A stretch of DNA of 64,000 nucleotides from Torpedo marmorata (Eukaryota), in NCBI GenBank assembly GCA_977017645.1, contig OZ360222.1, forward strand, positions 124,930,001 through 124,994,000, written 5' to 3'. The translations under genes were made by a program, and so were the position numbers. The notes under the pieces are model-generated. The model did no database searches and was not told the DNA's origin. It saw nothing but the letters and a program-made list of their open reading frames with translations. Below are positions 26,248 through 39,690 of the stretch, piece after piece. Numbering within the stretch: position 1 is the stretch's first letter; each line of letters opens with the position of its first letter.

Positions 26248-27253
26248 CAGAGACAGAGAGCTAGAGGAGACATAGGGAAAGAAGGGAAGGTGTCTAATGG
26301 AAACCAGAGAAGTCAATGTTAATGCCCCAGCAGGCCCATTGTTTCTGCATGCTCCTGGCCCACCAAACTGGTATCTGCTTAACTTGACTCCACTTTGTCT
26401 CCCCCGGTCCAGTGCCTCACCAACTACATCCGTGATACTTCACATGCCCTCCATCACTTCAATAACTTCCAGTTCTCTGAACTCCACTGCCTCATCTTTA
26501 CCATGGACATCCAATCACACATCAAAGCTCTTTGTTTCTTTCTCAACAATAGACCCAACTAATACACCTGCACCACCACCCTCCTCCAGCTGGCGGAACT
26601 TGTCCTCACTCTCAATAACTTCTCCTTTGACTCATCCCACTTTCTCCAAATCAAAGGGGTCGCCATGGATACCCACAAGGGCCCCAGCTATGCCTGCCTT
26701 TTTGTTGGATACTTGGAGCAATCCATGCTAAAAGCATTCACAGGCAAGGCACCTCAACTCTTCCTCTCTACATCGATAACTACTTTGGTGCTGCCTCATC
26801 CACCCAAGATCACCTCATCGAATTTATCCACTGAGCTGCCAACTTTCCCCCCCACCCCACCTCAAATTCACTTGTTTCATCTCTAACAAAACTGTCCCAT
26901 TTCTCGATCTCTCTGTGTCTCCATCTCAGGAGACAACTCTCGACAGACATCTTCTACAAACCCATCAACTCCCACAACTACCTTGACTACATCTCTTCAC
27001 ACCCTGTTCCCTGTAAGGATTCCATTCCTTTCTCTAATTCCTCCGTCTCCATCGCATATGCTCCCAGGACAAGATCTTCTATGCCAGATCATCAGAGATA
27101 TCCTCCTTCTTCAAAATCATGCCTTCCACTCTTACCACCAGCAACTCGTCCCTCACCCGCATATCCTGCATTATCCGTATATCTGCCCTGGCCCCCTCCA
27201 CCCCCACACACTTCAGGGACAGGATTCCCCTTAACCTCACCTACCACCTCACC

Positions 27254-28090
27254 AAGATTCAAGATTCAAGATTCAATTTATTGTCATGTAATAAAAAAGT
27301 GTCATATTACACATAATTGCTTTTGCCTGCTGTAAGGCAGACAGATTCGCCATCGGCAGAAATTGCCTGAAGCGCCTCTTACAGTCAGAGAAAGAGAAGC
27401 AAAAGAGAGTTCCCCCCAAAGTCACCAAGTGTCCCTAGATTCGCCTCCAGCGCTTCCACAGCCTCCACAGCCACACAGAGTCCAGTCCAAACCATTGGCA
27501 ATCCGAGCTCCAGATCCGAACCTCCGACACGATCAGGAAACCTACAGCGCCTGCGGCACCCCCTCGCATCCCGCTTCCAATACCTGGTACCCCTTCAGCC
27601 AGTTCGAGCCAGTCTCCAGCAGTCCACAGCCCGGCGCGAGTCCCCCAACAGCAGTCTCCAGCAGCCCACAGCCTCCGTGAGTTCCTCGCCTCGAGTCGCC
27701 AGCAGCCCACCGCATGCATTGGTCTTTCAGCCGCAGAGCCCCCTCACTGGTCCGCCGCCGTGGTCACCGTCTCGTGGGTCGTCTCCTCTGCTTCTCCTTC
27801 TCAGACGGGGGGTGATCTCCCCATTTTATGGTGCCCTGTACCAGTCCTCCGCTTACCTGGAGTCTGCAACCCCTCGTGGCTGCTGCCAATTATAGACACC
27901 GCCATCTTGGGTGCAGACCCCGCGGTCGCAAGATTTTAAATAAAACTACCGTCAGCTCCTTTAACGGGCCATTCAAAGCCTGTGTGGAGCTGATGGCAGT
28001 TGACTGGGTGCTTGGACCCCGCGGGAGCACTGTATCTCCATTCCTCGCTCTCCGTGGGTCCGCACCAGCGGCAGCGCTGCCGTTACAGCA
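27254..28090 (-). mobile_element. Non-autonomous ~830-bp retroposon, copy 2, inserted in Penelope
   Basis: (CAAGATT)n tail at 27254; homologous to 11020-11853; Penelope sequence resumes on both sides. Confidence 0.78.
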
Positions 28091-29329
28091 GCTCCAACGT
28101 ATTATCCTCCGCCATTTCCTCCACCTACCACATGATCAGACCACCAGACACATCTTCCCTTCTCCTCCCGTTGTCCCCCTTCTGCAGGGTCAGCTCCCTC
28201 TGTGACTCCCTCGTTCACTCCTCCATTCCCACCAATCGCCCCCTTGGCACCTACCCCTGTGACCACAGGAGGTGCTCCACTTGCGCCCACATCTCCTCCC
28301 TCACCACCATTCAGGACCCCAAACAGTCCTTCCAAGTGAAGCAACACTTCACTTGTAAATCTGTAGGGGTCATCTACTGCATCTGGTGCTCCTTTTGTGG
28401 TCTCCTCTACATCGGAGTGACTGGATGCAGACTGTGAGATCGCTTAGTTGAGTACATCAGATCTGTCCGCAGCAATAACAGGGACGTCCCAGTGGCCAAC
28501 TATTTCAACTCCCCACCCCATTCTCTTGCTGACATGCTTGTCCATGGTCTCATCCACTGCCGGACTGAGACCACCCGCAAATTGGAGGAACAACACCTCA
28601 TATTCCATCTGGGCACCCTCCAACCGATGGCATTAAAATCGGCTTCTCCGGTTTGCATTAGCCCACCCCCCCCTACTTCTTTCCCTATGTCTCCTTTACT
28701 CAAGCTATGAGTGTCTCTCACTCTTTCCTTTTCCCCCTGTCTCCTTTCTCCCAGTTCTGCTTCCACAGAGCTAAAAACAAGCTCCCCTTCCCCAATCAAT
28801 TCTCACATTTCCTCTCTCCTGTGTCCCATCCATATCCAATTAACACCACTTTGTCTGTTGGTCTGCACTCCTCTCCTGCCCTTTCTTCCCTTCTCCCCAA
28901 CCTTTTAATTCATGTGCCTGCCTGCTTTTTACTCATACCTTTAAGAAGGGCTCAAGCCCAAAACATCAATTTGTAACGGCAGTGATTTACCACAGCTTAC
29001 AAACAAATAAAGAATGCACTCACTCGTTTCTTTCAGCACACCATGAAGTCGACTTTTTTTTATTATTCACAAGACACAACGTTGCATTCTTCAACTCCCC
29101 AAACACCACCCAGCCAAACTCCTCTGACCTTCTCATTGGCTCACTGCCACACGGGTGATCCTAACACTCTCACTCTCCTCCTCCTGCAACTGAGATTCCT
29201 CACCCATATACTGACGCTTAACACACCCGCGCATGCACGCTATTACCCCCGCGTGTTGCATCGCTTACGTCATCAGCGGCAGCTCACCCCGCTCCTGACG
29301 AAAGTAAGAACGCGACCGCGACAGCCCCC

Positions 29330-32087
29330 CTTAGCCTCCGATCTATGCAAGGAGGCAACTGATTGGAACTGTCCCGCTACGTAATGGTCCGGAGGGCTGA
29401 CAGTTCCGCCCAACCTCGTACGATAATGCAAGAAAGGCGATGCACAGTCTGACTGGCAAGGGTGCAACTGGTCCTCTGACTCTGGCTCCGACGCAGAACA
29501 TGGACCGTCGATATATGCCGGCGTCAACCTGTCGATGGAAACCGTGTCAGCTTTTCCATTCCTGTCGATCACAAAAGTCTTTGGGTGGCGCCGTAACACC
29601 TGAAAAGGACCATCGTAAACAGGCTGAAGTTCTTTGCGAATAGCATCATGCCAGAGGAACACAGGAGTACAGCGTTGTAAATCATTCGGCACATACACTG
29701 CAGGTGATACCTGCCGCGTAGGAGTAGGTTGGAGTAATCTCATGTTTTCCCGAAGACGATCAACATAACTAGCCGGATCATAGAGCGTTGTGCTTGGACT
29801 CGGATTCACAAACTCACCTGGCAAGGTTAACGTAGTGCCATATACTAGCTCTGTCGCTGACCATCCAAGATCTGCCTTAACAGTAGTACGCACTCCAAGG
29901 AGAGCCATGGACAAACGTTAACTCCACGTAGATGCATCACCACCTGCTGTTAATGCTGCCTTCAATTGTCAATGGAAACGCTCAACGAGGCTGTTGGCCT
30001 GCGGATGGTAAGCCGTAGTGCGAATACGGGTAATGCCCAGAAGATCAGTGAGAACTCGGAACAACACCGACTCGAACTGAAACCCTCGATCCTTCGTAAC
30101 ACCAAAAGATGGAATCCAATGATCCACGAAAGCCCTAGCGACCGTCTCCGCAGAGATGTCAGTGATAGGAATGGCCTCCTGCCACCTGGTAGTCTGGTCT
30201 TCACACGTGAGCAGATAAGTATATCCCTGAAATGGCAGAAGTGGGCCTACCAAGTCTAGGTGCACGTGCTGGAAACAGGAATCTGGAACAACAAAATCCC
30301 CCAGCTTGGATTTCGGGTGTCTGGAGACATTAGAGCATTGACACAGCAAGCAGGTCCTTGCTCATAATCCAACATCCTGTTTAACATGAGGCCAGGTAAA
30401 ACGTTCCGTAACTAGTTTGATTGATGCTCTTCTACCAGGATGCGATAGATTGTGAAGAGACTCAAAAATTTCCCGCTTCATAGCCACCGGCACAAAAGGC
30501 CTAGGCCTTCCTGTGGTAAAATCGCAGACTGACTTTTCACCCAATTCATCCAGGGTCAAATCTTGAAGATAAAGACCAGAGTTGATCCGACGATACCGGA
30601 TGTGATCGGGATCGGTATGCTGATCACGAGCCTTGGCGGTGAAATCGATGGCAGTAGTTGTATGTAAGGCGTCAATGTCGCGCCTGGGCAGGGCGTCGGC
30701 CACGGCATTCACTTTTCCTTGGATGTGCCGTATGTCCGATGAAAATTGTAGCATGAAGTCCAAGCGCCGAATCTCTCTGGGCGAGTGGAGATGTGTGCTT
30801 GTACTCGCAGTATGCGTAAGAGGCTGGTGGTCTGTATAAATGGTGAAAGGACGACCTTCCAATAAAAAGCGGAAATGTTTCACTGCGAGATAGATGGCCA
30901 AGAGTTCTCGACCAAACGTACTATACTTTGCCTAAGCCTATGACAGCTTGGCTGAAAAAAACGCCAGAGGTTTAAATTGCCCACAGACTCGTTGTTCTAA
31001 CACTGCTCCCACAGCACTGACAGATGCAAGGCATTGGGCTTTTGATGTACAAGCATCGTGGCATTCGCAAGCACAGTCTTTACATCGTTGAAAGCCCGCA
31101 CAGCATTGTCTCCCAAAGTTAATGGCCTTTTGGACACGGACTTATCAGATCATTTTAGTTGTGCAGTCAGGGGTAATAGAGATGCTGCAGCATTCGGCAG
31201 GAAATGGCGATAAAAGTTCATCATGCCTAAAAAACGTCGCAACTAGCCAAACGTAACGGGTGTAGGAAATTCTCAAATCTCTCGCATTTTCGATTCACCG
31301 GGCAAAATACCATGTTGTGTAACTGTGTCCCAAAAATATAAGATCAGCAGCGCCAAAAACGCATTTACTGGGATTGATCACAATAGCAAACTCATCAAGC
31401 CTCTGATACAATGAGATAAGGTGGCGCTTGTGCTCCTCTTCATCCACACTTGCGACCAGAGTATCGTCGATGTAAACAAACACAAAATCGAGGCTGGCAA
31501 GTATGTGGTCCATAAACTGCTGGAATGTCTGAGCTGCATTCCGTAGAACAAATGGCATTCGCAGAAACTCAAACGTGATGAAAGGGTAGTTACTGCCATC
31601 TTCACGACATCAGAAGGCTCAACTGGAATCGAATAGTAAGCACATACTAGATCTATTTTCGCAAATACATGTTGGCCATGGAGGTTTGCTGAAAAGTCTT
31701 GTAAATTGGGGATGTTGTATCGGTCAGGCACGGTAGAATCGTTCAGGGCAGGATACTTACCACAAGGTCGCCAATCCCCAGGAGATTTTTTTGGAACCAT
31801 ATGCAACGGTGAAGCCCAGCAGCTGTCAGATCTGCGGATGATGTCCAACTCTTGCATGTGGTCGAATTCCAATTTCGCGATTTTAAGACGGTCCAGGGTA
31901 ATCTACAAGCCTGCTCTACTACCAGAGGACCCCGAGTTTTTATATGGTTGGTTACTGTATGTTTAACGTCTGTGTGATGATACGATGGGGTCACTAGGAG
32001 AGGGAAATACTTGAGTAAGGCTCGGAAAGGTCAGGAGCCAGGTTGAAGGCTCGTCAGGCGGCTGACGACATTGGAGGGATGACAGAT
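29330..32087 (-). pseudogene. Gypsy pol (RT, RNase H, integrase), frameshifted
   Basis: WASPLHMVPKK, MPFVLRNAAQTFQ, YIDD, HNLSHPG, YDGPF. Confidence 0.88.
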
Positions 32088-32370
32088 GCAGCTCACTTTT
32101 TTTTTTTGCTTTTAAATATTTTATTTAAAATTTTAAATCACAAAATACATAAAGTAAAATATGAAATTATTAAAATACTTGTGATACATTTTCACCCCCC
32201 CCACCTTCCCTCCCCTCCCTAACCCTCCCATCCCTACTAAACTACTAAAGTAAAAAGAAAAAAGAAAAAAAAAGATAGAATAAGGAGAATGTCAATCTAA
32301 AAAACACATCTATAAACTGATTTTATTGTGGAGGATAGGTTCACCAGTCAGATCCGATGTCCAGAGATCT

Positions 32371-35300
32371 TCAAATCCTTAAACCAACAGCCTTCATATA
32401 TGAGCTCCATATTTTCAAAAAGAAATGATATTTATTACGTAAATTATAAGTAATTTTTTCAAGTGGTATAGCTGAACGAAGTTCTGCATGCCATCTTTCT
32501 AACCCTAAATCTAGATCAGATTTCCAAGTAATAGCAATACATTTCTTTGAAACAGCTAAAGCAATTCGCAGAAATTCTATTTGATACATATTTAATTTCA
32601 TCTTAATACTAACTCTTTTAATATCTCCAAACAAAAATATCATAGGGTCCATTGGGAATGTAATTTTTAATACTTTATCAAAAAACTTTTTAACTTTCAA
32701 CCAAAAATCATAAACCTTTGGACAAAACCATGTAGAATGTACAAAAGAACCTTCCTCTCTATTACATCTAAAACATAAGCCTGATAATGTCGCGTTAAAT
32801 TTCTTTAATTCTTGATTTATGAATTCCTACTTTAGGGATTTTTCTCTGAAACAATCTATACATTTGAGAAATAAATTTATTTACACCTCCGTTAGTAACT
32901 AATAATTCTAGTTCACTCTGTCTTGGTAAAGTCAAACTATAGCCTAACTTCCCAACTAAAAATGCTCTAATTTGATAATAAGCAAAAAGTGTATTATTCA
33001 ATACATTAAACTTATCTTTCATTCTTTGAAAAGTAATAAATTTACCAGCTTCAAAACAATCATTTATTTTCTTAATTCCCTTTTGAAACCAAATTTTAAA
33101 TAATTGATTATCAACGGTAAATGGAATAAGTTTATTTTGATGTAAAGGCATTTTTGGAGAAATCAACCCTTTCCTTCCTATCTCCCTATGCACTCTATTC
33201 CATATTTCTAACAAATGTTTAAAAATAGGAGAGTTCTTCCCTCTTGTTAATAATAATTTAGAATTACATTTATAAATAACTTCTTCTTTCAAATCTTCTC
33301 CTATATATTATTTAGTTCTATTCTAATCCAAAGCAGAAGACTTAGTTAAATCAAACAATTCATTAACAAATTTTAATTGAGCTGCTTTATAATAATTTTG
33401 AAAATTAGGAAGTTGCAAACCACCCATTTCATATTTCCAAGTTAACTTCTCCATACCTACTCTAGCCAACTTTCCTTTCCACAAAAACTTCCTAATAATT
33501 AAATTTAAATCTTTGAAAATTTTTTGAGGAATTTCATAAGGAATTGATTGAAAAAGATATTGAATTCTTGGAAAAACATTCATTTTAATACAATTTACCC
33601 TTCCTATTAAAGTTATAGGTAAATCCTTCCAGCTTTCTAAATCTTTTTTAATTTTCATAAATAATGGTAAATAATTTAATTTATATAGATTAGTTAATTT
33701 AGTATCAATCTTTATTCCCAAGTATTTAATTCCTTCCTTTGACCATTTAACTTGTGTAATTTCTTTACATTTACTATAATCCCCTTGTGTTAATGCCATA
33801 ATTTCACTTTTATCAGAATTAATCTTATAACCAGATATTTCCCCATATTCTCTCAATAAAACAGTCAATTGTATTAAAGAAGTAATAGGTTTTGTCATAT
33901 AAATCAATACATCATCTGCAAATAAACTAATTTTATGCTCTTCTCATCCAACTTTAATACCTGCAATTTTAATATCCTGTCTAATTAATTCTGCCAAAGG
34001 TTCTATTGCTAAAATAAACAATGCTGGCGACAAAGGACATCCTTGTCTAGTTGACCTAGTCAAAGAAAATTTTGAAGAAATTTGTCCATTTGTCACCACT
34101 TTAGCAGATGGTTCTTTATATATAGTTTTAATCCAATTAATAAATGTAGTTCCAAAACCAAATTTCCCAAATACCTTAAATAAATAATTCCACTCTAATC
34201 TATCAAAAGCCTTTTCAGAATCTAATGTTAATACTAATGCTAAATCATCTTTCTTTTTTTCCACATTAATTAAACTAATTAATCTAGCTATGTTATCCTT
34301 TGAATATCTATTCTTAATAAACCCGGCTTGGTCTACATGGATTAAATCTGGTAAATAATTAGCCACTCTATTTGCTAAAATTTTTGCCATTATCTTATAA
34401 TCCACATTTAACAATGAAATTGGTCTATATGATTCTGTTTTCAACACATCTCTATCTTTTTTAGGTATAACTGTAATTATTGCATTCGAAAATGTTTCCG
34501 GTAACGAGTGAGTTTCCGTTATTTGTTTCAACACATCCATATATGGAGGTATCAATAAATCTTTAAACTCCTTATAAAATTTTGATGGGAAACCATCCTC
34601 CCCTGGAGATTTACCACTCGTTAAAGAACTAAGAACATCGTTAACTTCCCTCATTGAGAAAGACGAGTCTAAAAATTCTTTACTTTGAGTATTTAATCTA
34701 GGTAACTTAATTTTAGATAGAAATTCATTAATTTTAGAATCATCTTCATCAATCTGAGATTTATATAAATTCAAATAATAATCCTTAAAAGAATCATTTA
34801 TTTCTCGAGGTTTATATGTTATTTTCTTAGAATTCTTTTTTATAGCATTTATAGTTCTAGAAGTTTGATCTTTCTTTAGTTGCCACGCCAACACTTTGTG
34901 CTCTTTCTCCCAATTCATAATATCTTTGCTTAGTTCTTTCAATTAATTTTTCCATTTTATATGTTTGTAACAAATTATAATGCAATTTTTTCCCAACTAA
35001 ATTTTTCCTCTTTTCTTCTGATCTCTTTTTTTGCAAATCCTACTCCAAAAATTCAATCTCCCTCTCCAAATTATCTACCTCCCGAACATAGTCCTTCTTA
35101 ATTTTTGCTGAATAATTTATTATTTGGCCTCTTAAATAAGCCTTTAAAGCTTCCCAAATAATAAATTTATTATCAATCGAATTATAATTTATTTTTAAAA
35201 ATTCTTGAATTTCTCTTCTTATATAATCACAAAAATCCATTCTTTTTAATAAAGAAGAATTAAATATCCACCTATATATAGTTTTTTCTTTTTCTGGAAT

Positions 35301-36013
35301 TATACAAGACTTTAATAAAGGCGAATGATCAGAAATTATTCTTGCTTTATAATGTGATTGTGTTACCCTATCTTGTACTTGTGAGGACAATAAAACATAT
35401 CTATCCTAGAATATGAATCATGTCTAAAAGAATAAAAAGAATAATCTTTTTCTCTAGGGTTCAATTTTCTCCAAATATCTATTAAGTTTAAGTCTTTCAT
35501 CAAACTAAGAACTCTTTTAGCAATTTTAGATTTAACAACTGATCTCGATGTTTTATCCATTATCGGATCTAAACAACAATTAAAATCCCCACCAATTAAA
35601 ATGTTATCATTAGCTTCTGACAAATGCATAAAAGAATCTTGAATAAATTGTTCATCTTCCATATTTGGTACATATATATTTATACGTGTCCACAATTCTG
35701 AATATATCTGACAATGTTTTAAAACATATCTACCTACCACATCTATAACCACAGATTGTATTTTAAAAGGTAACTTTTTATTAACTAATATAGTCTCTCC
35801 TCTTGCTTTAGAATTAAATGAAGAAGAAACCACTTGGCCAACCCATTCTCTCTTCAACTTCTGATGTTCTAAATCTGTCAAATGCGTCTCTTGTAAAAAA
35901 GCTATATCTACATTTAACTTTTTAATATACGCTAAAGTTCTCTTCCTTTTAATCGGATTTTTTAGCCCATTTATATTAATACTTACTACATTTATTGTTT
36001 TACTATCCAGCAT
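32371..36013 (-). pseudogene. L1 ORF2p (APE endonuclease, RT, C-terminal Cys region), frameshifted
   Basis: SININGL, FLQETH, GGDFN, SRID, SDH, KSPGEDG, YRPISLLNVD, RQGCPLSP, FADD, GGLQLPN. Confidence 0.92.
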
Positions 36014-36336
36014 TACTAAATCTTAATAAGTCTCTCTCCATCCGATCCACCAGCACCCTCCTCCACATTCGTAATCTATTTGACATCTCCTTGAAAAGAA
36101 AAAGAAAGAAAAAGAAAATAGAAAAGAAACAAAACCCCACTGTATACAATACTGGCAAAATTACCCCAGTATTTCCCCCCTCCATTACTCGAGAAGTGGC
36201 CCTCACCACTAAGGTGGTATGGGGCCAGCTAGGAAGGAGAAAACAAAAAGTCCACCCCCCCCCAACAGATTTTACACAACATTTATTATCATGTCTTCAT
36301 TTAGCTTCTTCAAGATCCTTATGAACTTGTTCTTCA

Positions 36337-37749
36337 TCAATCTCGATCTCGGCCTCCTCTTCTTTTCCTGAAGTACTTGGCAAAGAAACTTGCGACGGTG
36401 AAATATCTTGAACTTGGTGATGTTCCATCAAATCTTGATCTTTCTTCAAATACGGAAGAAAATTTGCATGTTGGAGCGCTTGTTGACAATCCGTAAAAAA
36501 AACAAGATTGATTTTCTGTAGACTGAACCTTCAAAACCGCAGGATATCTAAACGAAAACTTATATCCCTTATTCCAAAGAATCGCTTTTGCTGGATTAAA
36601 TTCCTTTAGTTTTTTAACTATAACTGAACTCAAATCAGGATTTAAAAAAACTCTATTCCCCTGAACCATCAATGGACCATTCTGCGATTTAGCGTTTTGA
36701 ATAGCTAATTTCAATGCCTTCTCTTTATCCGGATATCGAAGACATTTAACTAAAACTGAACGTGGTCTTTGACCAACATACGGTTTCCCCCTACCAACTC
36801 TATGTGCTCTCTCTAACTCCAGTCCATACTGAAAATTATCAATACCCAGAGCATCTGGAATCCATTTTTGAAAGAATTTGTCGTATCGTAGTCTTCAAAA
36901 TTTCCATGTAGTCCCACAATTTTAATATTGTTCCTCCGGCTCTGATTGTCCAATACATCCAGCTTTTGTAAAAGTTCATTTCTTTGCTGCTCCCAACCTG
37001 TGAATGAGTCTTCTACTTTATCAACTCTATCTTTATAATCCACCATTTCTTCATAGTGTTCTTTAACCTCTTTTTCAATTTCTTGAACTTTCACTTTTAC
37101 TGTATTCACAGTATTTGTCTGTCTTCTCATATCTTGTTTATTATTTTTAATTTCTTCTTCAACTTCATTAAGTCTAAGTTCAAAACGATATTCCATCTTT
37201 GAGATCCTTTGTCATATTATCAATAGCCTTAAGTATTTGTTGAGCAACCGATATTTCAATCTCTTCTCCACTTGAATCTTCAGCCTCTCCCTCCATTTCT
37301 CCCATTTCTTCTTCCATCATTCCTTTCTTCTCTTTCTTCTTATCCTCTGAATCTGATGAAGTTTCAAGTCTCACAACATATTGTAATGGTTGTGGGACGT
37401 CTCCTTTGCTGTCAGCTTTATCTGACAGCTCCCGTTGTCTATCGCGCATGCGCACCGTTTCGCGCATGCGCGGTTGCTCAGTTAAGATTTGTAGTTTTGT
37501 AGTCTTTTTTCGAGCACCGGCGCCATCTTCCCCAGCTCCCCGGGACGGCAGCGTCGGCGCTTCAGTCGATCTAGGCGCCCTCGTCCGAGTAGTTCTGGGA
37601 GGGAGAGAAACTTGAACCTGAGGCTCCATCAAGCAGGTAGGCCGATCTTCTTCTTGAAATAAACTTTGTTGAAGCATTGCTTTCCTTGCCTGTTGTTCTT
37701 TCGTTTTTCTTGTGGCCATTATTAGGCTTTTAATAAACACTCTTAACAT
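36337..37749 (-). pseudogene. L1 ORF1p (coiled coil, RRM, CTD), frameshifted
   Basis: LDNQSRRNNIKIVGL, RVFLNPDLS, FRYPAVLKV. Confidence 0.85.
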
Positions 37750-38202
37750 TTTAAAACTAAATAAAGTATCTTATAAACAGTTTTTGATTAAATCTGTGGG
37801 GAGAGGTGTATTTCAACGACTCCGACCTACGCCATCAAACCACGCCCCCCGCAGCTCACTTGCAGACAAGAACTGTGGTCCACGACGCAGCGATTTTTCA
37901 AATCCACCAACAAAGAAAAATGTGACATGAAACCATTCCCAAAATAGAATTTGCCACCTTGAAAACCCACCGAAAAGGTTTATTGAGACCAAACTCCAGT
38001 GTGAGTGACCTCTGGCCATATGTTTGAGCATGAGAATCATTCGCGGCCGAAAGAACACATGACATATTGGAGTGTCTGCGTTCCTCCGTGGTTGGAGGGA
38101 CCACTGAAATCTCTGCTCCGGAATCGACAAGAAATTGAACACCCGAGAGACGGTCTTTGAGGAAAAAACGGCGACCGACGTGCCCATGGGCAGCAGTTGC
38201 CT

Positions 38203-39120
38203 CTACTGCTGGGCCTGGTCATTTCCTGGCTGCCATTTGTAGAAGTCGCAAGGTGGCTGACAGGACCAGGCAGCAGCACCAAATCTCCGATGCTTCCAAC
38301 AAATACGCCGTCTGTCGCCTCCACCACATCCTCGACCACCATGATTCCAACCAGGTCGACGGAAGGAATTCCGTTGCATGCCCAAAGCCTGGACCTGCAT
38401 AGTCAGTGCTGCCATTTGCTGCTCCAACTCAGTTATCTTCGATTGATATGGTGCTGGTGCTATCTTCGATTGAGAAGGTGCTGGCGCTACCTTCGATTGA
38501 TAAGGTGCTGGTGCTTCACAAGACACAGTAAGCAGTCATTCCAGTTCCATTTGCTCCTGTCAACTGGGGGAAGAAGCCAATCCTTCTATCTTCAATGTAG
38601 AGGTCATGGACATAACGAGGTCGGCATGATCCGCCAACTGATCGAGAGTGGACATTCGAAAGACCATCACCAAATGCTCTTGAACATGATGAGGTAAACA
38701 TCGAAGGAACCTTTGTTTCCAAAAATCGCCTTCGACAGGGTCTGCTCCAGCTAGCCTGCGCCACCTCCTCAACATCTGTGACGGTTGTCTATCACATAGG
38801 TTGTCATCAGCTAGTAATTGGGCAATACGAGTCTCCCTAGATGGCTGAGTACGCCGCAGAATAGCCACCTTAAGCATGTCGTATGGGAGATTACCATCCA
38901 GATCCACTAAGACATCCTCCACTTCACAGGCAATCTGCTCTGGAAGACGCTCCACAAGTAAATTGTACTTCGTCTTCTGACTCGTCACACTGAGGGCAGA
39001 GAAACGCGCTTCGAGGATCATGAACCATGCTGGTGCATTGTTAATAAAAAGGGGGGGGGAATCTTTAGTTTGACCTCCCCAACTGCTCCTGTAAAGGGTT
39101 TATCCTCATCACTATCCATT
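38203..39120 (-). pseudogene. CsRn1-type Gag with CHCC zinc finger
   Basis: ORFs 38560-39021 and 38203-38526. Confidence 0.78.
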
Positions 39121-39690
39121 TTAAATTAGAAGGTACTATGAACTCACAGGGTCACCACTTGTAATGGCACTGACTTACCACAGCTTACAAACAAATAAAG
39201 AATACACTCACTCGTTTCTTTCAGCACACCATGAAGTCGACTTTCTTTATTATTCACTAGACACAACATTGCATTCTGCAACTCCCCAAACACCACCCAG
39301 CCAAACTCCTCTAACCTTCTCATTAGCTCACTGCCACTCGGGTGACCCTGACACTCTCACTCTCCTCCTCCTGCATCTGAGATTCCTCACCCGTATACTA
39401 ACGCTTAACACACCCGCACATGCGCGCTATTACTCCCGCAAGTCGCATCGCTTACGTCATCAGCGGCGGCCGGCACCGCTCCTGACGAAGGTAAGTACGT
39501 GACCATGACAAGTTACCTCATCTTTACCTCCTATGGATGCTGCAAGACCTGTTGAGTTCTTCCAGCTTCCCAGTGTTTATACTACAATCACAGCGACTAC
39601 GGAGTTTTTCGTGTTTCAACCTTTCCCTTAACTCAGTTCTTCAAGTCCTGGCAACATCCTTGTAAATCTCCTCTGCACTCTTTCAAACTT

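Larger units (their letters stand above)
32099..37850 (-). mobile_element. Full-length L1-clade LINE (~5.75 kb), inactivated
   Basis: 11-bp TSD GCAGCTCACTT (32088-32098, 37851-37861); A-rich tail; G-run at 5' end; ORF1 and ORF2 present. Confidence 0.93.
28972..39510 (-). mobile_element. CsRn1/Kabuki-type Gypsy LTR retrotransposon, degraded, with L1 inserted
   Basis: ~351-bp LTRs 28972-29323 and 39160-39510; TSD AATT/AGTT; PBS TGGTGACCC (tRNA-Trp-like); CHCC motif CWKHRRFGAAAWSCQPPC; FLVDSGAE; VYIDD; YTDHQPL; HLDLVGP; YHPQAN; PPT AAGGGGGG. Confidence 0.88.
19905..39617 (+). mobile_element. Penelope-like element (RT and GIY-YIG at 26330-28640) with inverted upstream pLTR; both pLTRs interrupted by LTR elements
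   Basis: GPSYACLFVGYLEQ (RT); CDHRRCSTC, VIYCIWCSFCGLLYIG, LEEQHLIFHLGTLQP (GIY-YIG); 19905-20076 plus 26079-26330 is an inverted copy of 28640-28971 plus 39511-39590; flanking duplication AACCTTTCCCT. Confidence 0.85.
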
